Of a DNA stretch of 64,000 nt, positions 13,031 to 27,235 are shown piece by piece. Each line of letters starts with the position of its first letter. Position 1 is the stretch's first letter. The translations under genes and the position numbers were made by a program. Origin of the DNA: Mobula hypostoma (taxonomy: Eukaryota); NCBI RefSeq assembly GCF_963921235.1, contig NC_086106.1:19530001-19594000 (forward strand), in the 5' to 3' direction. A model generated the notes under the pieces. It was not told the origin of the DNA, did not search any database, and saw only the letters and a program-made list of their open reading frames with translations.

Positions 13031-16000
13031 TGAAAATATTCTGGAATGCCGGCTGTTTGAGAAGGCTGATTGCGGAATGTCTGAAGAAACAAGTGATGAG
13101 GAATAACAAATATAGAAATCAAACAGGATGTGGATCTTTTATGTGGCAAGATTGTAGAAGGGATAATGACAGCGACAACAATAAGTATCCCAAGGAAATG
13201 GAATAGAGCTGAAAAGAAAATGGTGCCGTGGTGGAGAAAAGATTGTGGGGAAACAATTAGGCATTGTAATAGAGCCTTTAGAATGGAAAGGAGGGCACAC
13301 AATTTTCCAAAAGTAATTGAGAATAAACATATGCAGCAATAGTAAGAAAAACAATTTGAAAGATGAAAGAGGAATATTGGAGTACGATTTGTGACTCCGG
13401 AGGAATACAAACACCCATTGACAGTGATTGGAAGATGATAAAAAGAATGAATGCTGTCACCAGGGACATTGGATACCCAGAATTATCTATGGGGAAGGTT
13501 TGATTTTAAGTTATATGAATTGGGAATTTGAGTTTGAATGCTGAATTGGATAAAGGATTTTTAAATTGGTCGACCTGTCATGGTGCGACCAGGGAAATCA
13601 GTCAAGTAAACCAATTATGGAAAAGGGAACCCCTCAGAGAAGTGTTGTTAGTCCATTACTATTTACTATCATAATAAATGGTATATTTTCTAATATAAAT
13701 AGTTGTATTGGAATTTCATTGTGTGGACAATGGAGCTATGTGGAAAAGGGGTGGGAATGTGAAATTTATAACACGGAAACTTTAAGAGACAAAGGTTAAC
13801 ATAGAAACATAGAAAATAGGTGCAGGAATAGGCCATTTGGCCCTAAGAACCTGCACCACCATTCAGTATGATCATGGCTGATCATCCAACTCAGAACCCT
13901 GTACAAGCCTTCCCTCCATACCCCCTGATCCCTTTAGCCACAAGGGCCATATGTAACTCCCTCTTAAATATAGCCAATGAACTGGCCTCAACTGTTTCCT
14001 GTGGCAGAGAATTCCACAGATTCACCACTCTCTGTGTGAGGAAGTTTTTCCTAATCTCTGTCCTAAAAGGCTTCCCCTTTATCCTCAAACTGTGACCCCT
14101 CATTCTGGACTTCCCCAACATGGGGAACAATCTTCCTGCATCTAGCCTGTCCAATCCCTTTAGGATTTTATACGTTTCAATAAGATTCCCCCTCAATCTT
14201 CTAAATTCCAACAAATATAAGCCTAGTCGATCCAGTCTTTCATCATATGAAAGTCCTGCCATCCCAGGAATCAATCTGGTGAACCTTCTTTGTACTCTGT
14301 CTATGGCAAGGATGTCTTTCCTCAAATTAGGGGACCAGAACTGCACGCGATACTCCAGGTGTGGTCGGACCAAGGCCTTGTACAAATGCAGTAGTACCTC
14401 CCTGCTCCTGTACTCGAATCCTCTTGCTATGAATGCCAGCATACCATTTGCCTTTTTCACCGCCTGCTGTACCTGCATGCCCACTTTCAATGACTGGTGT
14501 ATAATGACACCCAGGTCTCGTTGCACCTCCCCTTTTCCTAATCGGCCACCATTCAAATAATAATCTGTTTTCCTGTTTTTGCCACCAAAGTGGATAACCT
14601 CACATTTATCCACATTAAATTGCATCTGCCATGAATTTGCCCACTCACCTAACCTATCCAAGTTACCCTGCATCCTCTTAGTATCCTCCTCACAGCTAAC
14701 ACTGCCGCCCATCTTCGTGTCATCCGCAAACTTGGAGATGCTGCATTTAATTCCCTCATCCAGGTCATTAATATATATTGTAAACAACTGGGGTCCCAGC
14801 ACTGAGCCTTGGGGTACCCCACTAAAAACGGCCTGCCATCCTGAAAAGGTCCCGTTTATTCCCACTCTTTGCCTCCTGTCTGCCATCCAGTTCTCTATCC
14901 ACATCAATACCCTACCCCCAATATCCTGTGCTTTAAGTTTGCACACTAATCTCCTGTGTGGTACCTTGTCAAAAGCCTTTTGAAAATCCAAATATACCAC
15001 ATCCACTGGTTCTCCCCTATCCACTCTACAAGTTACATCCTCAAAAAATTCCATCAGATTCCTCAGACATGATTTTCCTTTCACAAATCCATGCTGACTT
15101 TGTCTGATGATTTCACCGCTTTCCAAATGTGCTGTTATCACGTCTTTGATAACTGACTCCAGCATTTTCCCCACCACTGATGTTAGGCTAACCAGTCTAT
15201 AATTCCCTGGTTTCTCTCTCCCTCCTTTTTTTAAACAGTAGGGTTACATTAGCCACCCTCCAATCCTCAGGAACTAGTCCAGAATCTAAAGAGTTTTGAA
15301 AAATTATCACTAATGCATCCACTATTTCTTGGGCTACTTTCTTAAGCACTCTGGGATGCGGACCATCTGGCCCTGGGAATTTATCTGTCTTTAATCCCTT
15401 CAATTTACCTAACACCACTTCCCTACTAACATGTATTTCCCTCTGTTCCTCCATCTCACTGGACCCTCTGTCCCCTACTATTTCCGGAAGATTATTTCTG
15501 TCCTCCTTAGTGAAGACAGAACCAAAGTAGTTATTCAATTGGTCTGCCATGTCCTTGCTCCCCATAATCAATTCACCTATTTCTGGCTGTAGGGGAACTA
15601 CATTTGTCTTAAACAATCTTTTTCTTTTCACATATGTATAAAAGCTTTTACAGTCAGTTCTTATGTTACCTGCCAGTTTTCTCTCATAATCTTTTTTCCC
15701 TTTCCTAACTTAGCCCTTTGTCCACCTCTGCTGGACTCTGAATTTCTCCCAGTCCTCAGGTGAGCCACTTTTTCTGGCTAATTTGTGTGCTTCTTCTTTG
15801 GAATTGATACTATCCCTAATTTTCCTGGTCAGCCACGGGTGCACTACCTTCCCTGATTTATTCTTTTGCCAAACTGGGATGAACAATTGTTGTAGTTCAT
15901 CCATGCGATCTTTAAATGCTTGCCATTGCATATCCACCGTCAACCCTTTAAGTGTCATTTGCCAGTCTATCTTAGCTAATTCACGTCTCATACCGTCAAA

Positions 16001-19000
16001 GTTACCCTTCTTTAAGTTCAGAACCTTTGCTTCTGAATTAACTATGTCACTCTCCATCTAAATGAAGAATTCCACCGTATTATGGTCACTCTTACCCAAG
16101 GGGCCTCTCACCACAAGATTGCTAATTAACCCTTCCTCATTGCTCAATACCCAGTCTAGAATAGCCTGCTCTCTAGTTGGTTCCTCGACATGTTGGTCCA
16201 AAAAACCATTCCGCATGCATTCCAAGAAATCCTCTTCCTCATCACCCTTAGCAATTTGGTTCACCTAATCTATATGTAGATTGAAGTCACCCATTATAAC
16301 TGCTGTTCCTTTATTGTACGCATTTCTAATTTCCTGTTTAATACCATCCTGAACCTCACTACTACCGTTAGGTGGCCTGTACACAACTCCCACCAGCGTT
16401 TTCTGCCCCTTAGTGTTATGCTGCTCTACCCATATCGATTCCACATCCTCCCGGCTAATTTTCCTCCTTTCTATTGCGTTAATCTCCTCTCTAACCAGCA
16501 ATGCCACCCCACCTCCTTTTCTTTCATGTCTATCCCTCCTGAATATTGAATATCCCTGAATGTTGAGCTCACATCCTTGGTCACCCTGGAGCCATGTCTC
16601 TGTGATCCCAACTATATCATATTCATTAATAACAATCTGCACTTTTATTTCATCCACCTTGTTACGAATGCTCCTTGCATTGACACACAAAGCCTTCAGG
16701 CTCGCTTTTACAACACTCTTAGCCCTTATACAATTATGTTGAAAAGTGGCCCTATTTCATTTTTACCCTGGATTTGCCGGCCTGCCACTTTTACTTTTCA
16801 CCTTACTACTTTTTGCTTCTACCCTCATTTTACACCCCTCTGACTCTCTGCACTTGTTCTCATCCCCCTGTTGTGAACTAACCTCCTCTCTCCTAGTCTC
16901 TTTAATTTGATTCCCACCCCCCAACCATTCTAGTTGAAAGTCACCTCAGTCGCCCTCGCAAATCTCCCTGCCAGGATATTGGTCCCCCTTGGATTCAAGT
17001 GTAATCCGTCCTTTTTGTACAGGTCACACCTGCGCCAGAAGAGGTCCCAGTGATCCAAAAACTTGAATCCCTGCCCCCTGCTCCAATCCCTCAGCCACGC
17101 ATTTATCCTCCACCTCATTGCATTCCTACTCTCAGTGTCGCGTGGCATAGGCAGTAATCCCGAGGTTACTACCTTTGCGGTCCTTTTTCTCAACTCCCTT
17201 CCTAACTCCCTATTCTCCTTTCAGAACCTCTTCCCTTTTCCTACCTATGTCATTGGTACCTATATGTACCACAACCTCTGGCTCCTCACCCTCTCACTTC
17301 AGGATATGTTGGACGTGATCAGAAATATCCTGGACCCTGGCACCAGGGAGGCAAACTACCATCGGGGTCTCTGGACTGCGTCCACAGAATCGCCCATCTG
17401 ACCCCCTTACTGTCGAGTCCCCTATTACAACTGCCCTCCTCTTCCTTTCCCTACCCTTCTGAGCTACAGGGCCGGACTCTGTGCCGGAGGCACGGCCACT
17501 GTCGCTTCCCCCGGGTAAGCTGTCCCCCCCAACAGTACTCAAACAGGAGTACCTATTGTCAGGGGCACAGCCACTGGGGTACTCTCTATTACCTGACTCT
17601 TCCCCTTCCCCCTCCTAACCGTGACCCACTTGTCTGCCTCCTGTGGCCCCGGTGTGACCACCTGCCTGTAACTCCTCTCTATCACCTCCTCACTCTCCCT
17701 GACCAGACGAAGGTCATCGAGCTGCAGCTCCAGTTCCCTAACGCGGTCCCTTAGGAGCTGCTTCTTGGCGCACCTGGCGCAGATGTGGACGTCCGGGAGG
17801 CTTGGAGATTCCAGGGCCTCCCACATCTGGCACCGAGAACAACAAGCTGCCCTCACACTCATACTGCCCCTCTCCTCAAATAACAACAAAAAATGAATAC
17901 CAAACCCTCTTCACCTCACCCGTTTCCGCCTAAGCCGTTAAGGTGGAAGATTGGGCATGAAGATGGGAATTCAGATTTTCAGCAGAGAAATCCAACACAA
18001 TGCTTTTCAAAAGGAGGAGGACAGAACAACACTTGAAACTAAACCTTTGGTGTAGAATTAGAAGGTGTGGGAAGTTGGTGAGATAAAAGCCTCACATGGT
18101 CAACACATATTAAAAGTAAGAAAGTGCTAAATGTTATGAGGTGTTTAACAGGAAAGGAAAGAGAAGCTGATAGGAAATCCTTGAAAGCAATATATATAGG
18201 ATTAATAAGATCAATACTGGACTATGGAAGTATGGTATAGGATCAGCATCACACTGTGTGGTCAATAAACTGGATATAATTCAAAGTCAAGCATTAAGGT
18301 TAATCAGTGGGGCAATGAGGACAACACCAGTGGTGGCAATGCAGGTGGAGTTGGGAGAGACACCTCTGGAACTGAGAGGAACTCAGCTTGTGGTAACATA
18401 TTAGGTGAACCTACAAGGGCCTGGAGAAAATCATCCAAGTAACCAGCTTCCAGATCCATGCTGGGAAATGGAAAGAAGGAAATCAGAAGTTTTGCATGGA
18501 CTATTGAGGGAAAATCAGAAAGAATAGGAGTTAGTTAAAAGGCAGTGAGTGATACAGTGCCTTTTCCTGGGCTGTCTCCATGACTGTGTGAAGCACCAGA
18601 AGTGGATCCTGAATTATTCAAAAACAGATAGAAAAATAGAGAAGTGATCTTAAATGGTGTAGTGGAATCTTTTATGTAAATAATAATTATTATGGATATT
18701 TACAAATGTCCACACATGCTTCCAAATGGCAATAGTAGATGAGGGATAGGATTGGTAGTGAGACCGATGAGAGTTGTAAAATTGTCTGATTCAAGCACAG
18801 GAATCAGGAGTCTAAAATATTTACATTCAGCAGAAAGACCAGATGTTGTATGTGAGCTAATACAATCCTTATTTTGACTTGAAATAATATCCAAAAAGCA
18901 GTGAGATGGTTGAGAAATGCAGGAGAGAGCAGGGGGAGGAGGTGATAACATCAAGATTGAGGTTTGGGCACAGGGTTAAAGTACTGTTTTTAAAGAAGGA

Positions 19001-19240
19001 AAACACAATAATGGGAGGTGTGGATATTGTAATCAACAGGATATAATCAAGAGCGGGGATGGTTGATTTTAGAGTTATCACAAAATAAAATTCAATTTAA
19101 CATGAATAGCATTTTGCAGGAAGGGTCACAGGATTATTGCTTTAAATATATAATGCAGTTCCTTAAGAACACAAGTCTGATAAAATTTGATACAAATAAA
19201 ATATGGGGTCAAATATAAAAATGTGGGTCATGATTTGCTG
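13030..19240 (+). mobile_element. Old Nimb/I-like LINE fragments (13030-13800 and 17935-19240) interrupted by the young CR1
   Basis: GTPQ.SVVSPLLF (RT), YIGLIRSILDYGS and a RLISGAMRTTPVVAMQVELG-like motif; strongly degenerate. Confidence 0.55.
13800..17930 (-). mobile_element. Near-full-length young CR1 LINE (ORF1 zinc finger/leucine zipper + SGNH esterase; ORF2 APE + RT)
   Basis: CCSRCQMW; VIGDSTVRG and DGLHLNPRG; NARSIRNK, ITETWL, YRPP, GDFN; YLDFQKAFDKVPH, VPQGSVLGP, KFADD; 428-aa open RT portion; TTTCTATG 3' tail; few stops or frameshifts. Confidence 0.95.
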
Positions 19241-20329
19241 ACCCACACTACTTCAGAAGGTGTTGGTAATTCACCTTAAGGCTTTTTGCCAACCGCCATA
19301 AAAACCTCAGAAACCTATCGACGATTGAAAGGCCCCGAAGGGGTTGATGTGGAGAGGATGTTTGCGGGAGTATTGGGATGTAATCATACACAGGCCATTC
19401 CCACCACAGGCTGTTTGCCGAGGGAAGACAGAGAAGGGAAACACCAGGGAAAAAGTCAGGTAGGCACAGTAAACCAGACCTCCCACCTACCTGTTTCTAT
19501 CCCTGCCGCCGTTGGTTAAGAGATCTGCTGGTCCTCCCAACCATTTTTCATCTGTTTCGAGAAACATGCAGACCGCCTGTCTCTATTGGTTGGCAGTCTG
19601 CATGTTCCCTCCAAGCACGTAGGTCAGGCTAACTGGCCTATAATTTTAATTCTTCTGTCTCTCTCCCTTCTTGAATAGTGGAATGACATTTGTAATTTTC
19701 CAGAATTCCAGAACCATTCCAGAATCTAGTGATTCTTGAAAAATCATGACTAATGCCTCCACGATCTCTTGAGCTACCTCTTTCTGAACCCTTGTGTGTA
19801 CACCATCAGGTCCAGGTGACTTATCTACCTTCAGACCTTTCAATTTCTCAAAAATCTTCTTGGTAGTAATGTTAGCCTCACACACTTCATGACCCTGATG
19901 CCTGGATCTTCTACCTGACTGCTAGTGTCTTCCTTAGTGAAGACTGAAGCGAAATATTTATTCAGTTCATCCACCATTTCCTTGTCCCCATTACTACCTT
20001 TCCAGCTTTGATTTCCAGTGGTCTGATATCCACTCTCGCCTCTCTTTTACACTTTATGTATCTGAAGCAACTTTTGGTGTTCTCTTTAATATTATTGAGT
20101 AGCTTACTTTACCATTCCATCTTATTCTTCTTACTGACTTCTGTGGTTGCCTTCTGTTGGTTTTAAATGCTTCCCAATCCTCTAACTCCCCACCAATGTC
20201 AGCTCAATGATATGCCCTCTCTTTGGCTGTTACGTTGCCTTTGACTTCCCTTGTTCACCATGGTTGTGTCATCTTGCCTTTTGAACACTTCTTCCTCTTC
20301 AAACCCCCATCTGAATCCTCAGGCAACAG

Positions 20330-21860
20330 CAGCGAGGCATTATAGAGGGTTATTTCCCTCTTGAAAATCGACTTCGAGGGTCAGCGTAAAGGAGTCTTAC
20401 CCCTTCCTTTCGACCTAGCAGCTGGATTCCATAAGCTCGGCTGTGAGTTCCCCAGACTGTTCAGGTATTTGCTTGGTCCTGTCCTGAACTAGAGGACATG
20501 ACTCAATAAATGTTTGGACTCGCAGAGTCCTATTGACTGGAAATGGCTTGTTTGTCCTTAAGGGCAGGACTTGGTCTCCAGACGGTCTCAGGTTACCTCA
20601 ACACTGAAGGCTGCCCTCTTATTAGTTCTTGGTCACAGGAGAGTCTGGGTCTCAGAACACCATAGTGCAAACAAACCCTCCTATCAGGACTGGACCAAGC
20701 GATGATTCTGCCCTTCCTCTAGTCCATGGATGGGTTACACTGGGACAGCCCAGGGTACCGGAGGATCAGCAGTATGGGTGGAGAGTCAATAATGTAGAAA
20801 CTAATGTCTGCATGATCCCCTATCCTCATCTTCAAATCCACAGTCTGTTGCTGGATCTTCCTGGAACCTAGTGGGCAACTGTCCAAGACAGTTGCAGGCA
20901 TGTGTTGGCTCAACTCTCACAGCGGTATGTCGAACCGATGGGTGGTTCTTAAATCCAGAAAATAACCCGCTGCCCCAGAGTCCAGGCAGCTCTCACCTGC
21001 CTTAAGTTTTTACCCCGGGTGAACTCCGCCTTCAGCATGAACCCAGAGTCAGTTGTATTGGGAGTAGTGACTGCTACCGTCACAGTCCTCCTGAATCTGG
21101 ACGGTCTTAGCAGTCTAGACGGTTGCAGCCTGGGACTTTCGGCCCATCAGTGACATACTTCCCCACAGTAAAACCACGACAATGACTCTGACGCCGGGAC
21201 CTTTCATTGGCGGAGAGTCCAGCACAACCGACCTGCATGGGTTGGACTGGATCTTGAGCAGTCAAAGGATTGGTTATGGTCCGAGGTTGTGGGGTGGAAG
21301 TCTGATGCGTAGGGACTGGGCTCAGACTGGCTCACTTTGATTTCTTGAAGTGGTCCCACTTTTGCTCTGCCGGACGATTATCGAGATGGATGGATTGGTC
21401 ACTCAAAACCTCTCAGATCTCAGTTGGCTCTCCCAAGGCGAGCCATCCTTCAGTTCATCCATGGTTTTAGAACATGGCCACGGCCTTCCCATTCCAACCA
21501 CTCTTCTGGGCCAAGGTCCAAAATTCAATTGCGTTGTCGGCCGTGGACCATCCCCCCTGTTGAATCTTCATCAGCCGGTCTGAGTCTCAGCTGGCTCCCG
21601 TGAGGTGATTAAACACCTTCCTCATGGCAGCCATGAATTCCTCTGAATACGAACAGATCTCAGACCAATGTTCCCAATGCGCAGTGGCCGAGGCCAGGAC
21701 TTTTCCAGTCCAGGAGAGATAATGAAGGCCACTTTTCCTTACTCTGAAAGGAACCGAGGTAAATGAAGCAAGGTTCTAGTCACGGTATCAAATTAGAGCT
21801 GAGCACAAAACAAATGTTGGATGATAGCACAAGTCAGCTTACCATTGAACACCGAACCTC
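20330..21860 (-). mobile_element. Degenerate Ty3/Gypsy (sushi-like) gag-protease fragment
   Basis: Minus-strand translation gives KVAFIISLL...EHWSEICSYSEEFMAAMRKVF and ISFYIIDSPPILLILRYPGLSQCNP, resembling sushi/Mart-type gag and protease. Confidence 0.6.
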
Positions 21861-21949
21861 TGTTCAGCTGTTCCTTAAATACTCAGTTCTTGGCACCCAA
21901 ACATGATTATCAATTAGCAGGACCATCATGATCCCATAAAGGGGCCGTG

Positions 21950-23555
21950 CCAGCTATCCGTACTCCCGGAAGAAGGTGCAGTTGGGAGTGTCTCGTAACA
22001 AAGACTTCTGGCTGTTCATGCTCACCATTGAGAATGCCGTGGACACAATCTGTGACATCGTGATCTTGACATCAGGGATGCAGCATACCATCTGTGTGTC
22101 TCTATTGTGCCCATAGAACCTCGTCCTGTTCCTCTGTCTAAGGAATCTCCTATCATCACTGCATTCCACTTCACCTCTCTCCTCTTCTGAGCCACATCAC
22201 CAGACTCAGTGCCAGAGACCCGGTCACTCTGGCTCCCCTTCAATAGTATCGAAAGTTATAGATTTATTATTGAGGGGAACAGCCACAGGTGTTCTCTGCA
22301 CTTCTTGTATATTTGCCCTCCATCTCCTGACAGTCACCCAGACACCTGTCTCCTGCAGCCTTGGGGTAATCTCCTCCCTGTAGCTTATGTCTGTCACCTC
22401 CTCATATTGGCCACTTTGACCATTCTCCTGATCTTTCTAAGTATTTTTGTAGCCTCTCTCTTTCCTCAACTTTGCCTTTCCCTCCACCTCTCTTTATATC
22501 ATCTGCAAACTTGGACATAAAAGCCATCAATTCCATTATCCAAATTATTGACAATTGACATGAAAAGAAGCAGTTGCAACACAGACCCTTGTGGAACACC
22601 ACTATTCACTGGCAGCCAACCAGAAAAGGCCCTCTTTTCTTTGCCTACTCTTTGCCTCCTGCCAATCAGCCAGTGTTCCATCCATGCCAGTATCTTTCCT
22701 GGAATACCATGGGTTCTAAGGCAACACACATAAAATGCTGAAGGAGCTCAGCAGGCCTGGCAGCATCTGTGAATAAGAGTCAGCAGTCAATGTTTCAGAC
22801 TGATGAAGGCTCTTGGCCCAAAACATTGTTTGTTTACTCTCTTCCATAGATGCTGCCTGGCGTCATCCCTCCTTAAGAATATTTCTTCTTTGATGCACCT
22901 ATCTTGCGCCTTCTAATTTGCTCTCAGAATCACCTGCCATTGTTGCTTTGCGATCATCCCTGCTAGTGTCCCCTTCCAATCAATTTTGGCCTTCTCCTCT
23001 CAATGTCTTCTGCACTATCCCTGGAATCTCCACCAGTCGTCTTGGAATCATGCACACATTTACTAACCAACCCATCTTCATTTTCATCCAGATCATTTGT
23101 ATACATTACAAACAATGTACATCCCAGTACAGACACCTGTGGAACTCTACTAATCACAGACTTACAGGTTGAACATGTCCCTTCCACCACTACCCACTCT
23201 CTTTTATGTGTAAGCCAGATAATTTGCCACATATCCCATGCATCTTATTCTTCTGGATAAGCCTCCCATTGGGGACTTTGTCAAATGCCTTATTAAAGTC
23301 GATGTAGACAGCATCCACTGCCCTGCCCTCATCAAGCTGTCTTGTCACCTTGTCAAAAAATCCATGTTGGTAAGCACGACTTGCCCCACAGAAAGCCCTG
23401 CGAACTCTCCCTACTTAGGTCATGGTTTTCCAAATGCTCAGATAATCTATCCCCAAGATTTTTCTTCTGCAATTTCCCTTCAACTGATGTGAGACTCACC
23501 AGTCTATAGTTTGCAGAATTTTCCCTTGTTCCCTTCTTAAATAGAGGTATATCAT
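21950..23555 (-). mobile_element. Mosaic of CR1 fragments with a Penelope-like hairpin at 22725-22870
   Basis: VMIGDS (esterase), KFADD, SGVPQGSVL, VPQVSVLG motifs. Confidence 0.65.
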
Positions 23556-23559
23556 TAGT

Positions 23560-26310
23560 CTAAATGGATTTCAGCATTTGATAAGGTGCCCCATGCAAGG
23601 GTCATTGATAGGTTAACAGGCAGAGGGGATGGTGTGGCCCTGATTATGAGAGGTAATATTAAATCACTGGAAAGGGATGACATAAAATGAGAAGGTGTAG
23701 AGTCTCCATGGGTTGAGTTAAGGAATGGCAAGAGTAAAAGGACCCCAATGGAAGTTGTATACAAGCCTCCAAGCAGCAGCCAGGATGTGGATTAAAAATA
23801 ACAGCAAGAGAAAGAAAAGGCATTTTAAAAGGGCAAAGTCATGATAATCATTGGGGATTTTAACATGAAAGTGGTTTGGGAAAACCAGGCCATTACTGGA
23901 CTTCAAGAGAGAGTTTGTAGAATGTGTAATGGATGGCTTTTTAGAACAGCTTGTTGTTGAGCCCTCCAGGGGATTGGCTGTGCTGGATTGGATGTTGTGC
24001 AATGATCTGGAGGTGATTAGAGAGCTGAAGGTTGAGGAAGCCTTAGAGAACAGTGATCACAATATGATAGAGTTCACTTTGAAATTTGAGAAGGAGAAAC
24101 TAAATTATAATGAGTTGGTATTTCAATGGAAAAAAGGAAATTACAATGGCATGATAGGGGAACTGGCCAAAGTTGACTGGAATGGGACAGTAACAGGAAG
24201 GACACAGTGCAGCAATGACCGGATTTTCTGTGAGAGATGAGCAAAGAGCAAGACAGACATGTTCCAAATAAGAAAAAAAAATTGAATGGAAAGACACTGT
24301 CATGGCTGACATGTGAAGTCAGAGCCAAAGTAACAGCATAAGGGAAGTCATACAAGCCAGTGGGAAGATAGAGGATTGGCAAGCTTTTAAACACTTGCAG
24401 AAGGAAACTAAGAAGGTCATTAGGAAGGAAAAGATGAATTATGAAAGGAAGCTGGCGACTAATATCAAACAAGATACTAAAAGCTTTTTAAAGTATATTA
24501 GCGGTATAAGATAGTTGAGTGTAGATATAGGTCCAATAGAAAATGACGCTGGACAGACATATTTTAATGAGAGATGCAGAGATGGCAGAGGAACTGAATG
24601 TGTAGTTTGCATCAGTTATCAGTGGAGGACATCTGCAGTTCCTGTATATTGGAAATTCAAGAGTGTCAGGGAAGTGACGTAGGTGCAGTGAAAATTACAC
24701 CTGAGAAGGTGCTCAGGAAGCTGAATGGTCTGAGAGTGGTTAAATCTCCTGGACCTGATGGAATGCACCCCTGGGTTCTGAAGGAAGTAGCTGGAGAGAC
24801 TGCGGAGGCATTAACAATGACCTTTCAAGAATCAATAGATTCTGGCATTGTACCAGATGACTGGAAAACTGCAAATGTTACTGTGCTATTTAAGAAGGGT
24901 GGGAGGCAGCAGAAAGGAAACTATAGACCTGTTAGCCTGACATCAGTGGTTGGGAAGTTGTTGTAATCGATTGTTAGGGATGAGATTACGGAGTACCTAG
25001 AGGTATGTGTCAAGATAGGCCAAAGCCAACATGGTTTTCTGAAAGGAAAATCCTGCCTGATTTTTACTGCAAATTTTTGTGGAAATTACAAGCAGGGTAG
25101 ACAAATGAGGTGCAGTAGATGTGGTGTGCTTGGATTTTCAGAAGGTCTTTGACAAGGTGCCGCACATGAGGCTGCTTAGCAAGATAAGAGCCCATGGAAT
25201 TACACGGAAGTTACCAGCATGGGTGGAGCATTGGCCGATCGGCAGAGAACATAGAGTAGTAATAAAGGGATCCTATTCTGGCTGACTGCCGGTTACCAGT
25301 GGAGTTCCACAGGGATCGGTATTGGGACCGCTGCTTTTTACGATGTATGCCAATGATTTGGTCGAAGGGATTAATGGATTTGTGACTAAATTTGCCAAAG
25401 ATATAAAGATAGGTGGAGGAGCGTGTAGTGTTGAGGAAACAGAGAGTCTGCAGAGAGAGTTAGATAGTTCAGGGGAATGGTCAAAGAAGTGGCAAATGAA
25501 ATATACTGTTGAAAAGTGTACGGTCATGCACTTTGGTGGAAGAAATAAACAGGCAAACTATTATTTAGATAGGGCGAGAATTGAAAATGCAGAGATGCAA
25601 AGGGACTTGAAAGTCCTTGTGCGGGATACCCTAAAGGTTAACCTCCAGGTTGAGTCTGTGGTGAAAAAGGCGAATGCAATGTTGGCGTTCATTTCTGGAG
25701 GTATAGAATATAAGAGCAGGAATTTGAAGCTCTAAAAGGCACTCGTAAACCACACTTGGGAGTATTGCGTGCAGTTTTGGGCTCCTTATTTTAGGAATGA
25801 TAAACCGACATTGGAGAAGTTTCAGAGAAGATTCACGAGAATGATTCCAGGAATGAAAGGGTTACCGTACGAGGAACGCCTGGCAGCTCTTGGGCTGTAC
25901 TCCCTGGAGTTCAGGAGAATAAGGGGGATCTCATAGAAACATTCCGAACGTTAAAAGGCCTGAACAGATTAGACATGGCAAAGTTATTTCCCATGGTAGG
26001 GGGGACCAGGACTTCAGGATTGAAGGATATCCATTTATAACAGGAATGTGAAGAAATTACTTTAGTCAGAGGGTGGTAAATCTGTGGAATTTGTTGCCAT
26101 GAGTGTCTGTGGATGCCAAGTCATTGGGTGCATTGAAGGTAGAGAGAGATAGATTCTTGGTTAGCTGGGACATCAAAGGGTATGGGGAGAAGGCAGGGGG
26201 AGTGGGGATGACTGGAAGAATTGCATCTGGCCATGATTGAATGGTGGAGCAGACTTGATGGGCCAAATAGCCTGCTTCTGCTCCTATATCTTCTGGTCTT
26301 ATGGTCTTAT
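23560..26310 (+). mobile_element. CR1 LINE ORF2 fragment with 3' end
   Basis: NSDHNMI, KSPGPDGMHP, NYRPVSLTSVVGK, SGVPQGS, TCTTATGG tail. Confidence 0.88.
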
Positions 26311-26319
26311 CATGATACT

Positions 26320-27235
26320 CCCTGCATTAAAATATACGCACTCCAAACTGTCTGATCTATCATACTTGTTACTTCAAATTTGCCTTTCAATACCTTCCCT
26401 GACACCTAACTTCTGGTCAGGTCCTTCTCCTACTGACCTGGGCTCTGGTTCTCAGCCCCTGCAAAATGAGTTTAAACTCTCCCAAGTAGCATCAGCAAAA
26501 CCAGGATATTGGTTCCCCTCCAGTTCAGGTGCAATCAGTCTCAATCAACCTGCATATTGAAATTCACGATGACGATCTTAACATTGCACTTTTGACATGC
26601 ATTTTCTGTCCTCCGTTGTAATTTGTAGACCACATCTTTGCTATACTGTTTGCAGGTCTGTATATAACTCCCATCAGGGTCTTTCACTCTTGCAGATTCT
26701 TAGCTCTACCCAGAACGATTCTACACCTTCTGATCCCATGTCACCTCTTTCTAATGATTTAATTTAATTTTTTACCATTACAGCCACACCACACCTTCTG
26801 CCTACCTTCCTGTCCTTTTGATACAATGTGTATCCTTGGACATTAAGCTCACAGCTATAATCTTCTTTCAGCCACGATTCAGTGATGCCCAGAAAGTCAT
26901 AATGCCAATGTGTAGGTGTGCTTCAAGTTCATCGAGCTTATTCCATATCCTGCAATAACACCTTCAGTCCTGTATTCATCACATTTTAAAATTGTGTCCC
27001 CTTTTACATTGCAACTCATCCCGTTAACTGCAATTTTACCTGGTCATCAACTTCTTCTTGCTAGCAGTCTCACTACACACTGCCTCTGTTTGTAAACCAA
27101 CGATTTGATCCTCAACCTTATCACTGCCAAATTTGTTTGGCTCTAGCAAACCTGTCTGCAAGGATATTTGTCCCCTGTGGATTCAGGTGTAACCTGTCCC
27201 TTTTGTATAGGTCATAACTTCTGCTTATCAAGGCC
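26320..27235 (-). mobile_element. Rearranged CR1 5'/endonuclease fragment, paralogous to 11300-12260
   Basis: Collinear similarity and the same LHLN-to-APE junction. Confidence 0.7.

Noticed and set aside
14120-14983. Plus-strand ORFs of 146 and 134 aa, and similar short ORFs throughout
   Set aside because: Antisense shadows of the CR1 reverse transcriptase or of Ig exons; no independent coding signal.
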